Both the position numbers and the translations under genes were made by a program. This document shows positions 26,156-38,788 of a stretch of DNA of 64,000 bases, one piece after another. Source of the DNA: Octopus sinensis (lineage: Eukaryota); NCBI RefSeq assembly GCF_006345805.1, contig NC_042999.1, positions 79,670,001 through 79,734,000 on the forward strand. The letters run 5' to 3'. Position 1 is the stretch's first letter; the number at the start of each line of letters is the position of its first letter. Under the pieces are notes generated by a model. The model saw only the letters and a program-made list of their open reading frames with translations. It had not been told where the DNA came from and made no database searches.

Positions 26156-28631
26156 AAATGAATTCAAAGGTTCCCATGTGGTACGCTTGAACAATTGTAA
26201 AAAGTCATTTTGCATCAAAGCATTGGTGGCCTCGTTAACCCACAAGTAATATCTGTCTATATGTCTGTCTCTATCTCTATATACGCAGTAGCATACCCGT
26301 GTTAATAAAATTGCCGGAAAACATGGCATTATCAAAACAATTTGAAAAATATCGGTAATCGAGTAAATATGTGTATATAGGCAGAATTGAATCACTTTAA
26401 ATATCGCACAGTTGTAACGTCTCTGTTGAAAATTTTGGCCACAATGTGTGTACATATGCTTTCAACACAGCTCATCCTTGTTCGTGTATTTTACATTTCG
26501 TTCTGGTTTTCCATCTGATCTATTTTTCGTTTCCACTCCTATAGCACATTTTATCTTGCGGTTCTCATATATTCGTCTCATCTTAGAACTGCAGGGGCTT
26601 GTTTTGTTTTTCATCATGTATATTTCATCTTGCTTGTATATTCACATTTGTGTCATGTTTATTTTCGCCACTGTCCCTAACGTTTGTTCGCTATTGCCAC
26701 CAAAAGCGATCAATATTATCGTTAGCGGGTATGAATTTGTAAGGATCTTTTGGACGATAACTGACGAGGATTTAGCAACGTCCCGTTTTATGAAAGTAGT
26801 TTCCGTTGGTTCCCTTGTGTTTCCGTTAATTATATATATATATATATATACATATTCGGAAATATGATTCTGGACACGAAAATATATATTTATACATGCA
26901 TATGGATAGTACAGTTACTCCTTTTACTTTTTAATATCATTACCTCTTGTATAATAATTTAGTAAGTTCCATTTTCTCATTAGATGTCCTTCAGTGAATG
27001 AAGTATGAACATCTACAACAAACCCCGAAAGTAATCTGCACATTTTTGTTGTTGTACGAAATATATAACAGAGACTATTTTAAATTGTATAAGGGTGTGT
27101 TTCACTACAAGCATCCGAACGGGGTTCAGTCGAATAATGAGAAGGATGAAAAAATCTCGTAAGACTGTTTCTATAACCTCTACACCAATTACATTATGTA
27201 TGTCTGTGTATGTATACATAGATATTTACACACACACACACACATTCATACATTGCCTTCGAATCGTGGAGTAGATGAAACAGAGACAACCGAAGAAGGG
27301 AAATATTCTTTATGTTGTATGTCTTGTTTCTGTTTGTATTTTTTTTCGTTGTTCGAAGAAAAGTTCGATTCTATGTTTTTTTTGTTTTCGTTTCTCATTG
27401 TGTTCAACGTTCTTCTGATGTCCTGTACCCATATATGCATGTATATATACATATATATGTAGGTATGTACATATATGTATGTATATATGCATATGTTTAT
27501 ATATTATTTATATATTATTGTATAAGCATACAGATATTTACATATTTCCAGGATAGATTTTGCATAGAGTACAACAAGACAAAACTGAAAGCTAAGGGGA
27601 TAGAGCATGGTATTTCAGGCCCGACAGTTATGTATGTGTGTATGTATGTATGTATGTATGTATGCATGTATGTATGTATGTATGTATGTATGTATGTATG
27701 TATGTATGTATGTATGTATGTATATATGTATGTATCTATCTATCTTTATATATAAATATATATATATATGTGGATATATATATATATATATATATATACA
27801 TACGTACGTATGTATGTATGTATGTATGTATGATGTATGTATGTATGTATGTATGTATGTATGTATGTATGACGAAAATCATTCTATAGACGGGGCCTAG
27901 TGCCAAGATGTGAAGAGGTTAAGTGCGTGGCAAACAATGATGTATTTTGGGTGAACAATGGTAATTATGAACCAAACCATTTTTGACGAGAAATGTTTTC
28001 GTCTACAGTTCTCATCTCAGCTGAGTAGTTGTTAAAATCATTTGCTTTTATTGATGTAACTCTAGTTATTTATAATAACTCATTTCAACTGACGGAACAC
28101 AGTTTGAAGTCAAATTTCTTCACGTCCTCGCATAGCTGTCAGGCATTGCGACGGACTAGGGATTGTCGAGGAAGAAAGAAAGAGAAAGAGAGAAAGAAAC
28201 AAAGAGAGTGATACAATAAGAGAAACATAGAAGAAAAGTAGATAGAGAGCTAGTGTAAAAGAGAGAGAGGGAAGCGTACAGAGAGAGAATCAAATGCCTT
28301 TTGTATTAATTATATGCTTCGTTGCATCGTAGATTTGTAACCAAAGTTACATAGCTGATAATTTGCTAATATTGCGTTGTTTTGCTACGAATTACAAAGC
28401 TTTTTATGTTCCTCATAGTTTTCGGTTTCTTCTTTTCTTTCTTACTTTCTTTTATTTCACTCGTTCTTTGTCTTTGTCTTTTGTTATTTCTGTCTTCTAT
28501 TGTTGAGTCTGTTGTTGCTGTTTGCTGTTTACGATCCAGCTATTGTTTGAGACTAATTCGGCTGCTATTGTACTTGGTAATGATGATGATAATGATGCTG
28601 ATAGTGATGAAGATGACGACTATGGTGATGG

Positions 28632-28665
<34 letters not shown>

Positions 28666-28907
28666 AATAGCAGTTATTGTTACTGATTTTCTATTGTTGT
28701 TGTTGTTGTTGTCGTTCCTATTGTTTTAGTCATGTTACTGATGCTGCCGTTATTATTGTTGGTGCTGCAACTAATGATGATGATCATGCAAGATGAAGAT
28801 CAAGCTATGACGAAGGGAGGGAAACGGTGTTGGTGATGCAAGTATAGTGGGTGGGGTAGGGTCGACGCGAGAATGGTGATATTGACAACGATGGTGATGA
28901 TGCTGTC

Positions 28908-28951
<44 letters not shown>

Positions 28952-29195
28952 CGACAGTGGTGCTGGCAACAGTGACGGTAGCGACGGCGGCGATGGTGGT
29001 GGTGGTGATGATGGAGTGATCTTGTTTTGGAAAATTTTTTAATGATTCCGCATACCTGCACACAGATTATTAAAAGACGGGTCTGACGTGTGCCATATTT
29101 GAAATGGGTCGAATATTTCGATCATTAGTAATGGCATTTACAAAAAGGCCACTACCACTACCCTCCTCCCCAACCGCAAATCACCACCACCACCA

Positions 29196-29262
<67 letters not shown>

Positions 29263-29469
29263 ATATACATACAAACATACATACAATACGTATAATCACG
29301 CACCTATCGACAGCACCAATATTTGCTTCTGCCTTCTCCTGTTTCTTTTCTTTGTGATGATGATGATATTGACGGTGATGATAATGACAATAATCATGAC
29401 TACGACGATGAAGTTAATTATCTTCATCAACATAGGCATCGCACCGTCGTTGTCGTCGTTTTCACTTCC

Positions 29470-29505
<36 letters not shown>

Positions 29506-30061
29506 TAATAATAATAATAATAATAATAATAACATTGTTTTGCTTATCATGTACATTGTTTTGTCTTGGTATAAAAGATGGGCTACAGCAAATATTCTGC
29601 TCAATACCACAGATTTGCTTGTCAGTTGTTTGACCGTAACCAGTTGAGCATGTCCTTTAGTGGCTGACAATATGTGCATCTCTGATCACGAGCAGAAGTA
29701 GTGGGGGAGCATCATAGCCATGTGTTGAGAGGGATTCTTTGGAGTTTGAATAATTTACCTCTGGAAACATGGGTATTGCGTTCAACATTCTTAAACAACC
29801 CTTATTCAGAGACCTTTTGAGTGGGATGGGTTACTCGACCAGAAGAAAATTCTAACTGGGCCCTACCTGCAAGGTCATGTGCTGTTTATCTTGATATGAG
29901 ATCACCTTGTTGCACACATATGGTTGTGATGCATGTACCTAGTGTACCCTTATCAGACGGGTAGTCATGATGGGTATACTGGCCTTCGTATATTTTACCC
30001 CAGTGTCACTTTGATGACATGCACTGCTCTCACACTCAATAATAATAATAATAATTGTTAA

Positions 30062-30527
30062 AAAAAAATTGGTACGACCACAAACCTGAAATAGTAATGC
30101 AAAGATCCTATGGGATTTTATGATCCAGTGCGACCATGAGATTGAGAATAGGAAGCCGGACATAGTCGTAATTGAGAAAGAAAACAAACTATTCACGATC
30201 ATAGATATAGCATGCCCAGCTGACAACAAGGTATGCGATAAGGGAGAAAGAAAAGTCGAGAAATATAACAGGTTAGCTTAGGAAATTAAGCAGTTGTGGT
30301 CGATGAAAAAGGTGGTATTGGTACCAATAATTATCGGAGCCCTGCGAACAGTGAGTAAAAATCTTGAGAAGTACGTGGAACGAATAGGGGATGCAATATG
30401 GGTGAAGCACTTGCAGAAAGCAGCACTGCTTGGAACCGCTCGAATACTCCGGAAGGTGCTCGAAAAATACGAGGTGAACAGCTGACACTGTAGTACATTT
30501 CTAGCGTTAGAAGCTGTGCGAAGGCAA
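30062..30527 (+). mobile_element. 5'-truncated Dong/R4-clade element (RLE domain) in (AAT)n
   Basis: KWYDHKPE..KILWDFMIQCDHEIENRKPDIVVIEKENKLFTIIDIACP...WSMKKVVLVPIIIGAL...LQKAALLGTARILRKVLE; PD-(D/E)xK-type endonuclease; (AAT)n on both sides. Confidence 0.92.
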
Positions 30528-30548
30528 TAAACAATAATAATAATAGTA

Positions 30549-30613
<65 letters not shown>

Positions 30614-30885
30614 CTTGTGAAGTTAAGCAGTTGTGGTCGATGAAAAAGGTGGTGGTAGTACCAATAATTATCGGAGCGCGGGGAACAGTGAGTAAAAATC
30701 TTGAGAAGTACATGTTACAAATATGGGATGCAATAAGGGTGGCGCACTTGTAGAAAACAGCACTGTTTGTAACCGTTGGAATACTCCGGAAAGTGCTCGA
30801 AAAATAAAGGGTGTTACCTTAGTTCACTGGTAGTGAACGGCTGACACCGTAGTACATCTCTAGCGTTAGAACCTGTGCAAAGGCA
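30614..30885 (+). mobile_element. Second, shorter Dong/R4 3' copy in (AAT)n
   Basis: Repeats TTAAGCAGTTGTGGTCGATGAAAAAGGTGG...GCTCGAAAAATA of the first copy; flanked by (AAT)n at 30528-30611 and about 30886-31000. Confidence 0.9.
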
Positions 30886-30926
30886 ATAATGATGATGATC
30901 CTAATAATAACAATGATAATAATAAC

Positions 30927-31001
<75 letters not shown>

Positions 31002-31178
31002 GCAGAACCATCATTAAATACAGTAAGACGATAAGTTTTCAAACAACATTAACAACAGCAGCAATGATAAAAACCAGCAATAATACCAGCAACAGTATCT
31101 ATAAAATGAATAAGAGATCTCTTTGACAATACTTACTTTAACCAGTTTAAACTTATAAAAACTTCCCCTCGACATAGT

Positions 31179-31260
31179 CTTCTTCTTCTTCTTCTTCTTC
31201 TTCTTCTTCTTCTTCTTCTTCTTCTTCTTCTTCTTCTTCTTCTTCTTCTTCTTCTTCTTC
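31179..31260. repeat. (TTC)n microsatellite
   Basis: Direct reading. Confidence 0.95.
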
Positions 31261-32024
31261 ATCGTCGTCGTAGTCGGTAGTGCTGTGATTACCGCCGTCG
31301 TTGTCGTCACCATCGTTGTCATTGTCATGTAATTTGACGGCACCATTCTAAAGGAATACGGGGCAGTGACCAAAATTTGACAGGTGAAAAGGCTGCAATT
31401 TGGAACCTGGAGAAGTAAGTCGATGCCGTCGTCCCATGGCGTGATGTTTAGACAGACGGATTCGTTAAGCTGTTGGGGTAAGCCTGGTCCGATCCAGTCT
31501 CCAGGTGGACCAGAGATGGTGATGCGGTTACCAACAGGGTGACTGGCCTCACCCAGAAATAGACTGGGAGTAAGCTACCTTTTGAAAGATCGATAGAGAT
31601 GGTGAGTGCTTATTCCCTGCCTTTGTTGTAATTTACCGCCTGACCATCAGCTCTTCTCCAAATCAAGTTTGACCAACCTAGAGTGTCTGCACTTTTACTT
31701 CTTGTGAAAGTTATTAAATCTATTCTGCCCAACCCTCACTGAAAGGCAGGACACAGCATGCTACCATGGATGTGCATGTCCGTACACATGCTGACGCTGC
31801 TCCATCTCTCGAAATTCCTGGACGGGGTGCTCGCGCGTGCATGCGCCTTTTGAGAGAAGTGCCACCTCGGTCAAGTAACCAAGATTTTTATGGGGTAGGG
31901 TGACATCTAGAATGCTGTCAGACACTCACTTTATTTGTGTATTAAGTTTAATGCACAAATAAAGAATCTTTATCTACAAATGTGCATTTGAGCTCTCATT
32001 CCCATTGCTCAGGTTAATTACTGT

Positions 32025-32497
32025 ATGAGAGCGGCTTAACTCCTATGTCTAGCAATGTAGGTGTTTCTTAATACCCTAGTCATATTTAGTGACATTTGTA
32101 ATTATCATTTTTGGTGAAACATTACAAACTGCTGTTTATTTTAATTTTACACACATTAGCGAATTGCTAAATCATCCAATTATTTGGATGACGAAAATAT
32201 AAATATTAATGGTGAAGTAAGTCCAGAAAGACCAGAAGAGTCGAGCACTCTTAACTGATGAGGCAACGGAAATTTTCAAAACTGACTCGTCAGTATTAGG
32301 AATTCTCGATCGGCGCTTTTCGGACGATTATGGTCCCTGTTAGTCTATATGTTTTCATTCATGTGCGTTAGCTACAGCATTAAAGCGGTTTAGTTCTTAT
32401 TTCCAGTAATTTAGGTGTTCCCTTACACCATAGTCACATCATACAGTGACATTTGTAATTCTCCTTTTTGGTGAAACATTGCAAACTGCTGTTTACC
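32025..32497. repeat. Partial tandem repeat (~115 bp direct repeat, period ~357 bp)
   Basis: AGTGACATTTGTAATT.TC.TTTTTGGTGAAACATT.CAAACTGCTGTTTA at 32088 and 32445, with homology extending about 60 bp upstream. Confidence 0.85.
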
Positions 32498-32902
32498 CTT
32501 TTACTCTTTTACTTGTTTCAGTCATTTGACTGCGGCCATGCTGGAGCACCGCCTTTAATCGAGCAACTCGACCCCGGGACTTATTCTTTGTAAGCCCAGT
32601 ACTTATTCTATCGGTCTATTTTGCCGAACCGCTAAGTTACGGGGACGCAAACACAGCAGCATCGGTTGTCAAGCAATGCTAGGGGGACAAACACAGACAC
32701 ACAAACATACACACACATACATATATATATATACATATATACGACAGGCTTCTTTCAGTTTCCGTCTACCAAATCCACTCACAAGGCATTGGTCGGCCCG
32801 GGGCTATAGCAGAAGACACTTGCCCAAGATGCCACGCAGTGGGACTGAACCCGGAACCATGTGGTTGGTTAGCAAGCTACTTAACACACAGCCACACCTG
32901 CG
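32498..32902 (-). mobile_element. Full-length CORE-type composite SINE with CR1-like 3' tail
   Basis: Head GGTTCAGTCCCACTGCGTGGCATCTTGGGCAAGTG, internal microsatellite, tail GGCGGTGCTCCAGCATGGCCGCAGTCAAATGACTGAAACAAGTAAAAGA. Confidence 0.9.
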
Positions 32903-32965
32903 ATGTATGTATGTATATATATATATATATGTATATATATCTCTTTCTATCTATCTGTCTGTCTA

Positions 32966-33049
<84 letters not shown>

Positions 33050-33603
33050 GCTCACACATGTATATACCTAAATATGGTAAATATATACTGACAGTCAGGA
33101 TTTAGCCGACCAGCTAAATCATCCAGTGATGGAGTAGTCACTACTGACGATCTTTTAATTTCACACGAAACTAGATTAGGTTAGTGATATCTGGGGCGGT
33201 TATTGCCCCTGTCACTATATGATAATGTGTTTTTCTGCGGCTCTATGGGCTTTTTTAAACTCTTATTTCTATCAATGTAGGTGCTACTCTGTACCGTCAG
33301 TCACCATCAGTGACGATTGAACTTTTCCTTTTTGGTTTTATATTGTGCATACCCACCTTTGTTATCATACATACATACATACATACCTACCTACATACCT
33401 ACATACATACATACATACATACATACATACATGCATGCATACATACATACATACATACATACATGCATACATACATACATACATACATACATACATACAT
33501 ACATACATACATACATACATGCATACATACATGCATACATACATACATGCATACATACATACATACACACATACATACATACATACATACATACATACAT
33601 ACA

Positions 33604-33637
<34 letters not shown>

Positions 33638-33639
33638 CG

Positions 33640-33770
33640 GTGGGTTTCTTTCAGTTTGCGTCTACCAAATCTACTCACAAGGCTTTGGACGGTCCGAATA
33701 TATAATAGAAAATACTCGATCAAGGTGCCACGCAGTGGGGCTGAACTCTGGACTATGTCGTTGGCAAATC
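33640..33770 (-). mobile_element. CORE-type SINE head fragment
   Basis: TTCTTTCAGTTTGCGTCTACCAAATCTACTCACAAGG...AAGGTGCCACGCAGTGGG. Confidence 0.8.
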
Positions 33771-34296
33771 AAATCAATATTTATTTTCTCTGAGACAAAA
33801 GTTTTAACTGAAGGTCGACAGAAGATTATCTTCTGCAAGAACTTTTATATTCCAAAGTAAATGGAGAATGTAAATCTGTAAGACAATGACGTCATTCCAA
33901 AATAGAAAACATTTTAATGTTTTATATTTCTTTAAAAGAAAACGGGCACAATATACGTTTTATAAATATAAAATAAAAGTAAATAGAAAAGGGCATAGAG
34001 ATTTGAATAAGAGAAAAAAATATGGAAATGATAGAGTCAATTGCAATGATTGATGGAAGTTTCTCTAAACTATATTTCTTAAAGAATCGTGTAAGGTAAG
34101 TCGAAAATATATCATTAAATTATCACACCGTTCTCTGTTCAGACGGCACGCTAAAGAGAACGTTGTTAAAAGTGCAAGGCTATTAAATTTAACGTAAACT
34201 TCTGTGCACGTATACATACTTACATACCTACGTATACAACATATAACGTAAGCACATCGCAATCATATACATACATACATACATACATTTATACAC

Positions 34297-34334
<38 letters not shown>

Positions 34335-34737
34335 AGAGAGAGTGATAGAAAAAAGGAGAGAGAGACAGAGAAATAGCATGTGTGTTTGTTTGTGTGTTTG
34401 TGGAGTGGCATCTTGTTTTGTTAGGTATTTGTGAAGAAAAGCATTGATAAGTAATATAAATATGAGGAGATGATGATAAGGATGAAGATGATGAGGATAA
34501 AGAAACACAACAAACAGATAAATACTTTTCGCCTTTGTTGCAAATAGAAGCTTCTTTTTTTAACTAGTAAAGTGATGCTTCTTGAAAGGGTCGATTAATT
34601 TCTCTTTGGGTAATTACAAATTGCTAACTGCATTTCTTTTTTATTTGATACTTTTGTTTGTTTAGAATTATTGTATTTTATCTTAGTTACAGAAACACAC
34701 ATTATGCCATCACTCTTCTTCCTATTAGAATTACTGA

Positions 34738-34950
34738 GAAGGCGGAGATTGGCACAACCATTAGCACGTCGGACAAAATGCTTAGCAACATGTCTTTTGG
34801 GTATTTACTTTCTGAGTTCAATTTACGCCGAGGTCGAATTTGCCTTCACCATTTCGGAATTGATAAAACAAATACCAATCGAAGACTGAGATCGATACAA
34901 TCAACTTATTATTCCACAACGATTGCTGGTCTTGTGCCAAAAATTCAAAT
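34738..34950 (+). mobile_element. Nin-domain tRNA SINE (diverged)
   Basis: AAGGCGGAGATTGGCA...GTTAGCACG-like head, CTGAGTTCAA, CCGAGGTCGAATTTGCCTT. Confidence 0.8.
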
Positions 34951-35614
34951 CACTACTATGATTACTTAAGAGGGCGGTGCACGGACTGAGTTGTGTCGCC
35001 GGAGGTGTCGGACAAAAACGCTGTACAGTGTACTTATGAAAACAGAAGGTCCTCTAGTTTCTGAGTTCAAATCCCACGGATATAAAACATATCTTTCGTA
35101 CATTCTGTATCAGTTTAAATATCAAGGTTCAAATGTTTCAACTAACAACTCTAGCCTTGTACCTTTGTTAGAAACAAAAAAACGCTATTTTCCAAAACGT
35201 TAAAGAGCCTGGTTAAAATACTTTGTTGTATATAGTTACGGACATTTGCAAATTGAGATTAAATTCCACTGAAATCAATTTGCCTTTCGTACTTTCAGGT
35301 AGCAATTTAAATATACCAGTCATTTACTGGGGCATAATATAATCAACTCCCTTATTTTGTGTGTTTATGTTTTTGCTAGAAGCAGTTATAGTTATCGAGA
35401 AAAATTTAAGGGAGTTGAGCACCATACAAAATGCCTTGTAGTAAGTAGCTAGTAACTTCCGTATATGTTCTGACATGAAATCTTGTTGAGATCGACTTTG
35501 CCTTTTATTCTTTTGGTGTGGATAGAATAAAGTACCATTTAAGTACTAGAGGTAATTAACATTATTTACATTATTTACATTTAACGGATATTTGTCCTCA
35601 ACTTGTTTGTTGTT

Positions 35615-35660
35615 AAAACAACGTTTAGGCTGATATACTCTCCAGCCTTCATCAAGTGTC
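35615..35660 (-). ncRNA. Decayed hammerhead in left arm
   Basis: GACAC TTGATGA a GGCTG gagagtatat CAGCC TAAAC GTT GTTTT; C3>T and G12>T. Confidence 0.6.
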
Positions 35661-35974
35661 TTGGGGAAATTTCGATGTTGTTGTTGTTATTATTATTATT
35701 GTTATTGTTGTTGTTGTTGGTGGTATTGTTCAGGTCACTGCTTGGAATCGAACTCGGAAACTTGGGGTTAGTTGCCCGCGCTCTTAACTACTACACCATA
35801 TGCCCGTGGGTCTAGTGGTTAAGAGCGCGTACTACTGACCCCAAGATTCCGAGTTCGATTCCAAGCAGTGACCTGGACAACAACAACAACAACAACAACA
35901 ATAACAAGAACAATAATAATAATAAAATCGAAAAATACCTTAGAAATGAGAACCCAGGTTTGAAATTTCCCCAA

Positions 35975-36020
35975 GACACCTGATAAAGGTTGGAAGGTAC
36001 ATCAGCCGAAACGCTGTGTT
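35975..36020 (+). ncRNA. Decayed hammerhead in right arm
   Basis: GACAC CTGATAA a GGTTG gaaggtacat CAGCC GAAAC GCT GTGTT; G8>A and U16.1>C. Confidence 0.6.
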
Positions 36021-36180
36021 AACAACAAACAAGATTAGACATATCCATCAAATGTAAATAATGTACATAATTCCTCATCTCTTAAATATAGAAATGTAGA
36101 GGTAATTAAGTCGACTAAACCCCATCGCCACAAATGTTTTCTGACTTTGTGATTTTCATTATCATTATTCAGTGTCGTTA

Positions 36181-36636
36181 AGGCGGCGAGCTGGCAGAAT
36201 CGTTAGCACGTTGGACGAAATACTTAGCGGTCCTCACCGAAAGATCGATTTCGGTAGCCTTTGTACTCAGAACGTAAAGACGAACAATAACGATAGTTTT
36301 CGCTGTGGGTACAAGGACAACAATTAGTGTAAGTCTTGTTACTATCAACTTCAGTACTTAAACTAGTACTTTATTTTAACGGTCCAGGTTGTAAGTGAAA
36401 CAAGTTTGGCCTTGTGGGGATTTGAACTCAGAACGTAATGAGCCGGGAGAAATACCGAACAGTAATTTCTGTGTTAGATCGACCCCAGTATGCAACTGGT
36501 ACTTAATTTATCGACCTCAAAAGGATGAAAGGCAAAGTCGACCTCAGCAGAATTTGAACTCAGAACATAAAGACAGACGAAATGCTGCTAAGCATTTAGC
36601 CCGGCTTGCTAACGTTTCTGCCAGCTCGCCGCCTTG
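36181..36636. mobile_element. Converging Nin-SINE copies
   Basis: AGGCGGCGAGCTGGCAGAATCGTTAGC at 36181 (plus) and its near reverse complement GCTAACGTTTCTGCCAGCTCGCCGCCTT at about 36608-36635. Confidence 0.85.
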
Positions 36637-37086
36637 ACATATTAACAATTCTTTCAGCTCGCTGTCTTTAGTATGAGCAACAACAATAAATATATAAGAA
36701 GTTAGTGAAGATTTCTTGAAAATGACTAAACATTTATTGCTTAAACTTAATCCGAGCCATTAATTGATAGGTTGGAATCTGTTGAGACATATGTCTGGCA
36801 GTGTGTTAAAGATGTTTAGGATAAAGTTTCTTCGTGTGCAGATAAAATTTCTTGAAATATAGCCTTGAGTATTTTCATCCTTTTTAGACGACAATAGCAG
36901 CAACAACAAGAACAACAGTAGCAATAACAATAAAAACTTCTCCCCCAACCACGAGGAGCAACAACAGCAGCAGCAGTAGATGTAGTAGTAATAGCAGTAG
37001 TAGTAGTTGCACCAGCAGAAGAACGGGTGGAGAAGAAGGAGGGGGAAAAGAAGAAGACAACGACGACGACGAAGATGAAGAAGGAA

Positions 37087-37087
<1 letters not shown>

Positions 37088-37132
<45 letters not shown>

Positions 37133-37177
37133 AGAAGAAGAAGAAGAAGAAGAAGAAGAAGAAGAAGAAGAAGAAGA
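37088..37177. repeat. (AAG)n microsatellite
   Basis: Direct reading. Confidence 0.95.
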
Positions 37178-37339
37178 ATGATAATGTGGATGGTGGTAGT
37201 GATAGTAATTCACTAAAATTGAATTCCCCCTCGTATTATATTCTGTGTCCCTTTTCTTTCTCATCCAATTTAGTTTTGGCATTATTATCATTCAGCTTGT
37301 TTTTATCATTCTCATTATCATCATCATCCTCATCTTAAT

Positions 37340-38184
37340 TTCAATTAAAAAGTACAAACAACGAAAAATGTGTTTTTATTTTCGAAATGTACTTATAATT
37401 TTGTTTCAATATGTGCCATTTACGACTTTTCGTTTCAATTCGTTTTCAGTTGCCAACGTGTATTGGACGGGCGAGTGTCGCGCTTTCACTGTGGAAACGT
37501 TTATCAAGAACAACGAAGAGCGTTCCGTGTGCACTTTAGGCTTGGTAGACATGATGCGCTGCCTACTCGAAATTCTGCGGCAGTAGAATTCGGCATTTGG
37601 GGTCCATACTTCTTCGGAGAAGTATAATGTTATAGTGACTGTGAACTCTAATCGATATTGTGTGATGCTTGAGACTTTTCTGAAATGCAGATTGAATGAA
37701 CTTGACGATAGGGACAATGTCTGGCTTCAACCGGATGGGGCAACAACCCACACTTCTTGACGTGCGACGGGGATTTTGAGGGAGATGTTCACTGGTCATT
37801 TTATCTCATTGCCCGGTGACATCGGTTGGCTCGCCCGATCACCTGTTTTGAACTCGTGTGATTTTTTTTCTGTGGGGATACGTGAAACCAAAGGTATACA
37901 CTCACCACCCTCGATCAATTGAACAATTAAAAGATGCCATTTGTGAAGAAACTGCTACCATTCCACATGAAATGAACCATCGAGTCATGAACAAATTTCG
38001 TGAACGCCTTCGACAGTATGTGGACAGTAATGGCAGCCACTTAATTGATTTAATTTTTAAAACCAAATGCAACAAAATGGCATTAGATGTACATTTTGAA
38101 AAAGAAAACCACATTTTTTCGTTTTATACTCTATCTTGCTTTTATTAAACCTAAAAATATGTCAGATCATTTTGCTACATTGTA
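37340..38184 (+). mobile_element. Internally deleted Tc1/mariner, DD41D (rosa/Visitor)-like
   Basis: WTGECRAFTVETFIKNNE N-terminus; GPYFF; WLQPDGATTHT...WLARSPVLNSCDFFLWGYVKPKVY. I count 41 residues between the QPD aspartate and the SCD aspartate, across one stop. 3' TIR-like end TGTCAGATCATTTTGCTACATTGTA. Confidence 0.85.
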
Positions 38185-38738
38185 TTCAGCTATATTTCTA
38201 ACGTTTGTTTTCTTGCTGTCCTATTCTATGGAATAAAAGAATACCATACCATCCTCAGCATCATCGCTCTGCCTTTTTTTACTCTAACAGTTTATTCAGT
38301 CAAGTACTGGGGGTTGATGGCATCGATTTTCCTCTCTCTTCAAAAACTGCTGGCCCTGTGCCATAAACTGTAACTATTATTATTATCGTTGTTTCCGATT
38401 GAATTGCTTCTTATTTTATTTTCTGACAGGGTCTCAACCAGAAACCAAATCACGTATATATTAAATGGAGAGAAACTTCCCGAGAATGTGGGCGGTTGAT
38501 GTCAACACATTTTTTTGAGTTTCATAGATTGTTGGTTTTCCAGGGATCTGGTCAAAAAATTTGTCAGTACATTTCTTGATCATTCCCAGGGTTTAATTGC
38601 CACGTCCAAGATATCTCAACCTCAAGGTTCTTACATTTCGACAGTTTTTAAATTAAATACCAGTGAAACATTGGGGTCGGTGAAATCGACTAGTCTTCTC
38701 CCCCCAAATTTCAGGCCTTGTGCCTTTTAGTAGAAAGG

Positions 38739-38787
<49 letters not shown>

Positions 38788-38788
<1 letters not shown>

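Larger units (their letters stand above)
35560..36096. mobile_element. Head-to-head inverted dimer of a tRNA-headed, hammerhead-tailed SINE with 13-bp TSD
   Basis: Left arm (minus, 35560 to ~35799) and right arm (plus, ~35806-36096) share GTTAAGAGCGCG...CCCCAAG.TTCCGAGTTCGATTCCAAGCAGTGACCTG, an (AAC/AAT)n spacer, GAAATTTCCCCAAGACAC and ATGTAAATAATGTA. TAGAGGTAATTAA at 35547-35559 and 36097-36109. Confidence 0.9.

Noticed and set aside
26761-26810. CTGACGA ... GAAAG possible hammerhead
   Set aside because: No consistent helix I or helix III.
31330-31900. Possible RTE LINE remnant (VKRLQF..WRSK on the plus strand)
   Set aside because: Only a few residues match and the orientation is inconsistent; too decayed to call.
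33141-33179. CTA CTGACGA ... GAAAC TA GA T TAG hammerhead-like motif
   Set aside because: U16.1 is replaced, helix II does not pair and helix I is only 3 bp; it may be a relic but cannot be supported.
35803-35875. tRNA gene
   Set aside because: A and B boxes are present but the acceptor stem does not pair, and the sequence continues into a SINE body duplicated in the opposite arm.
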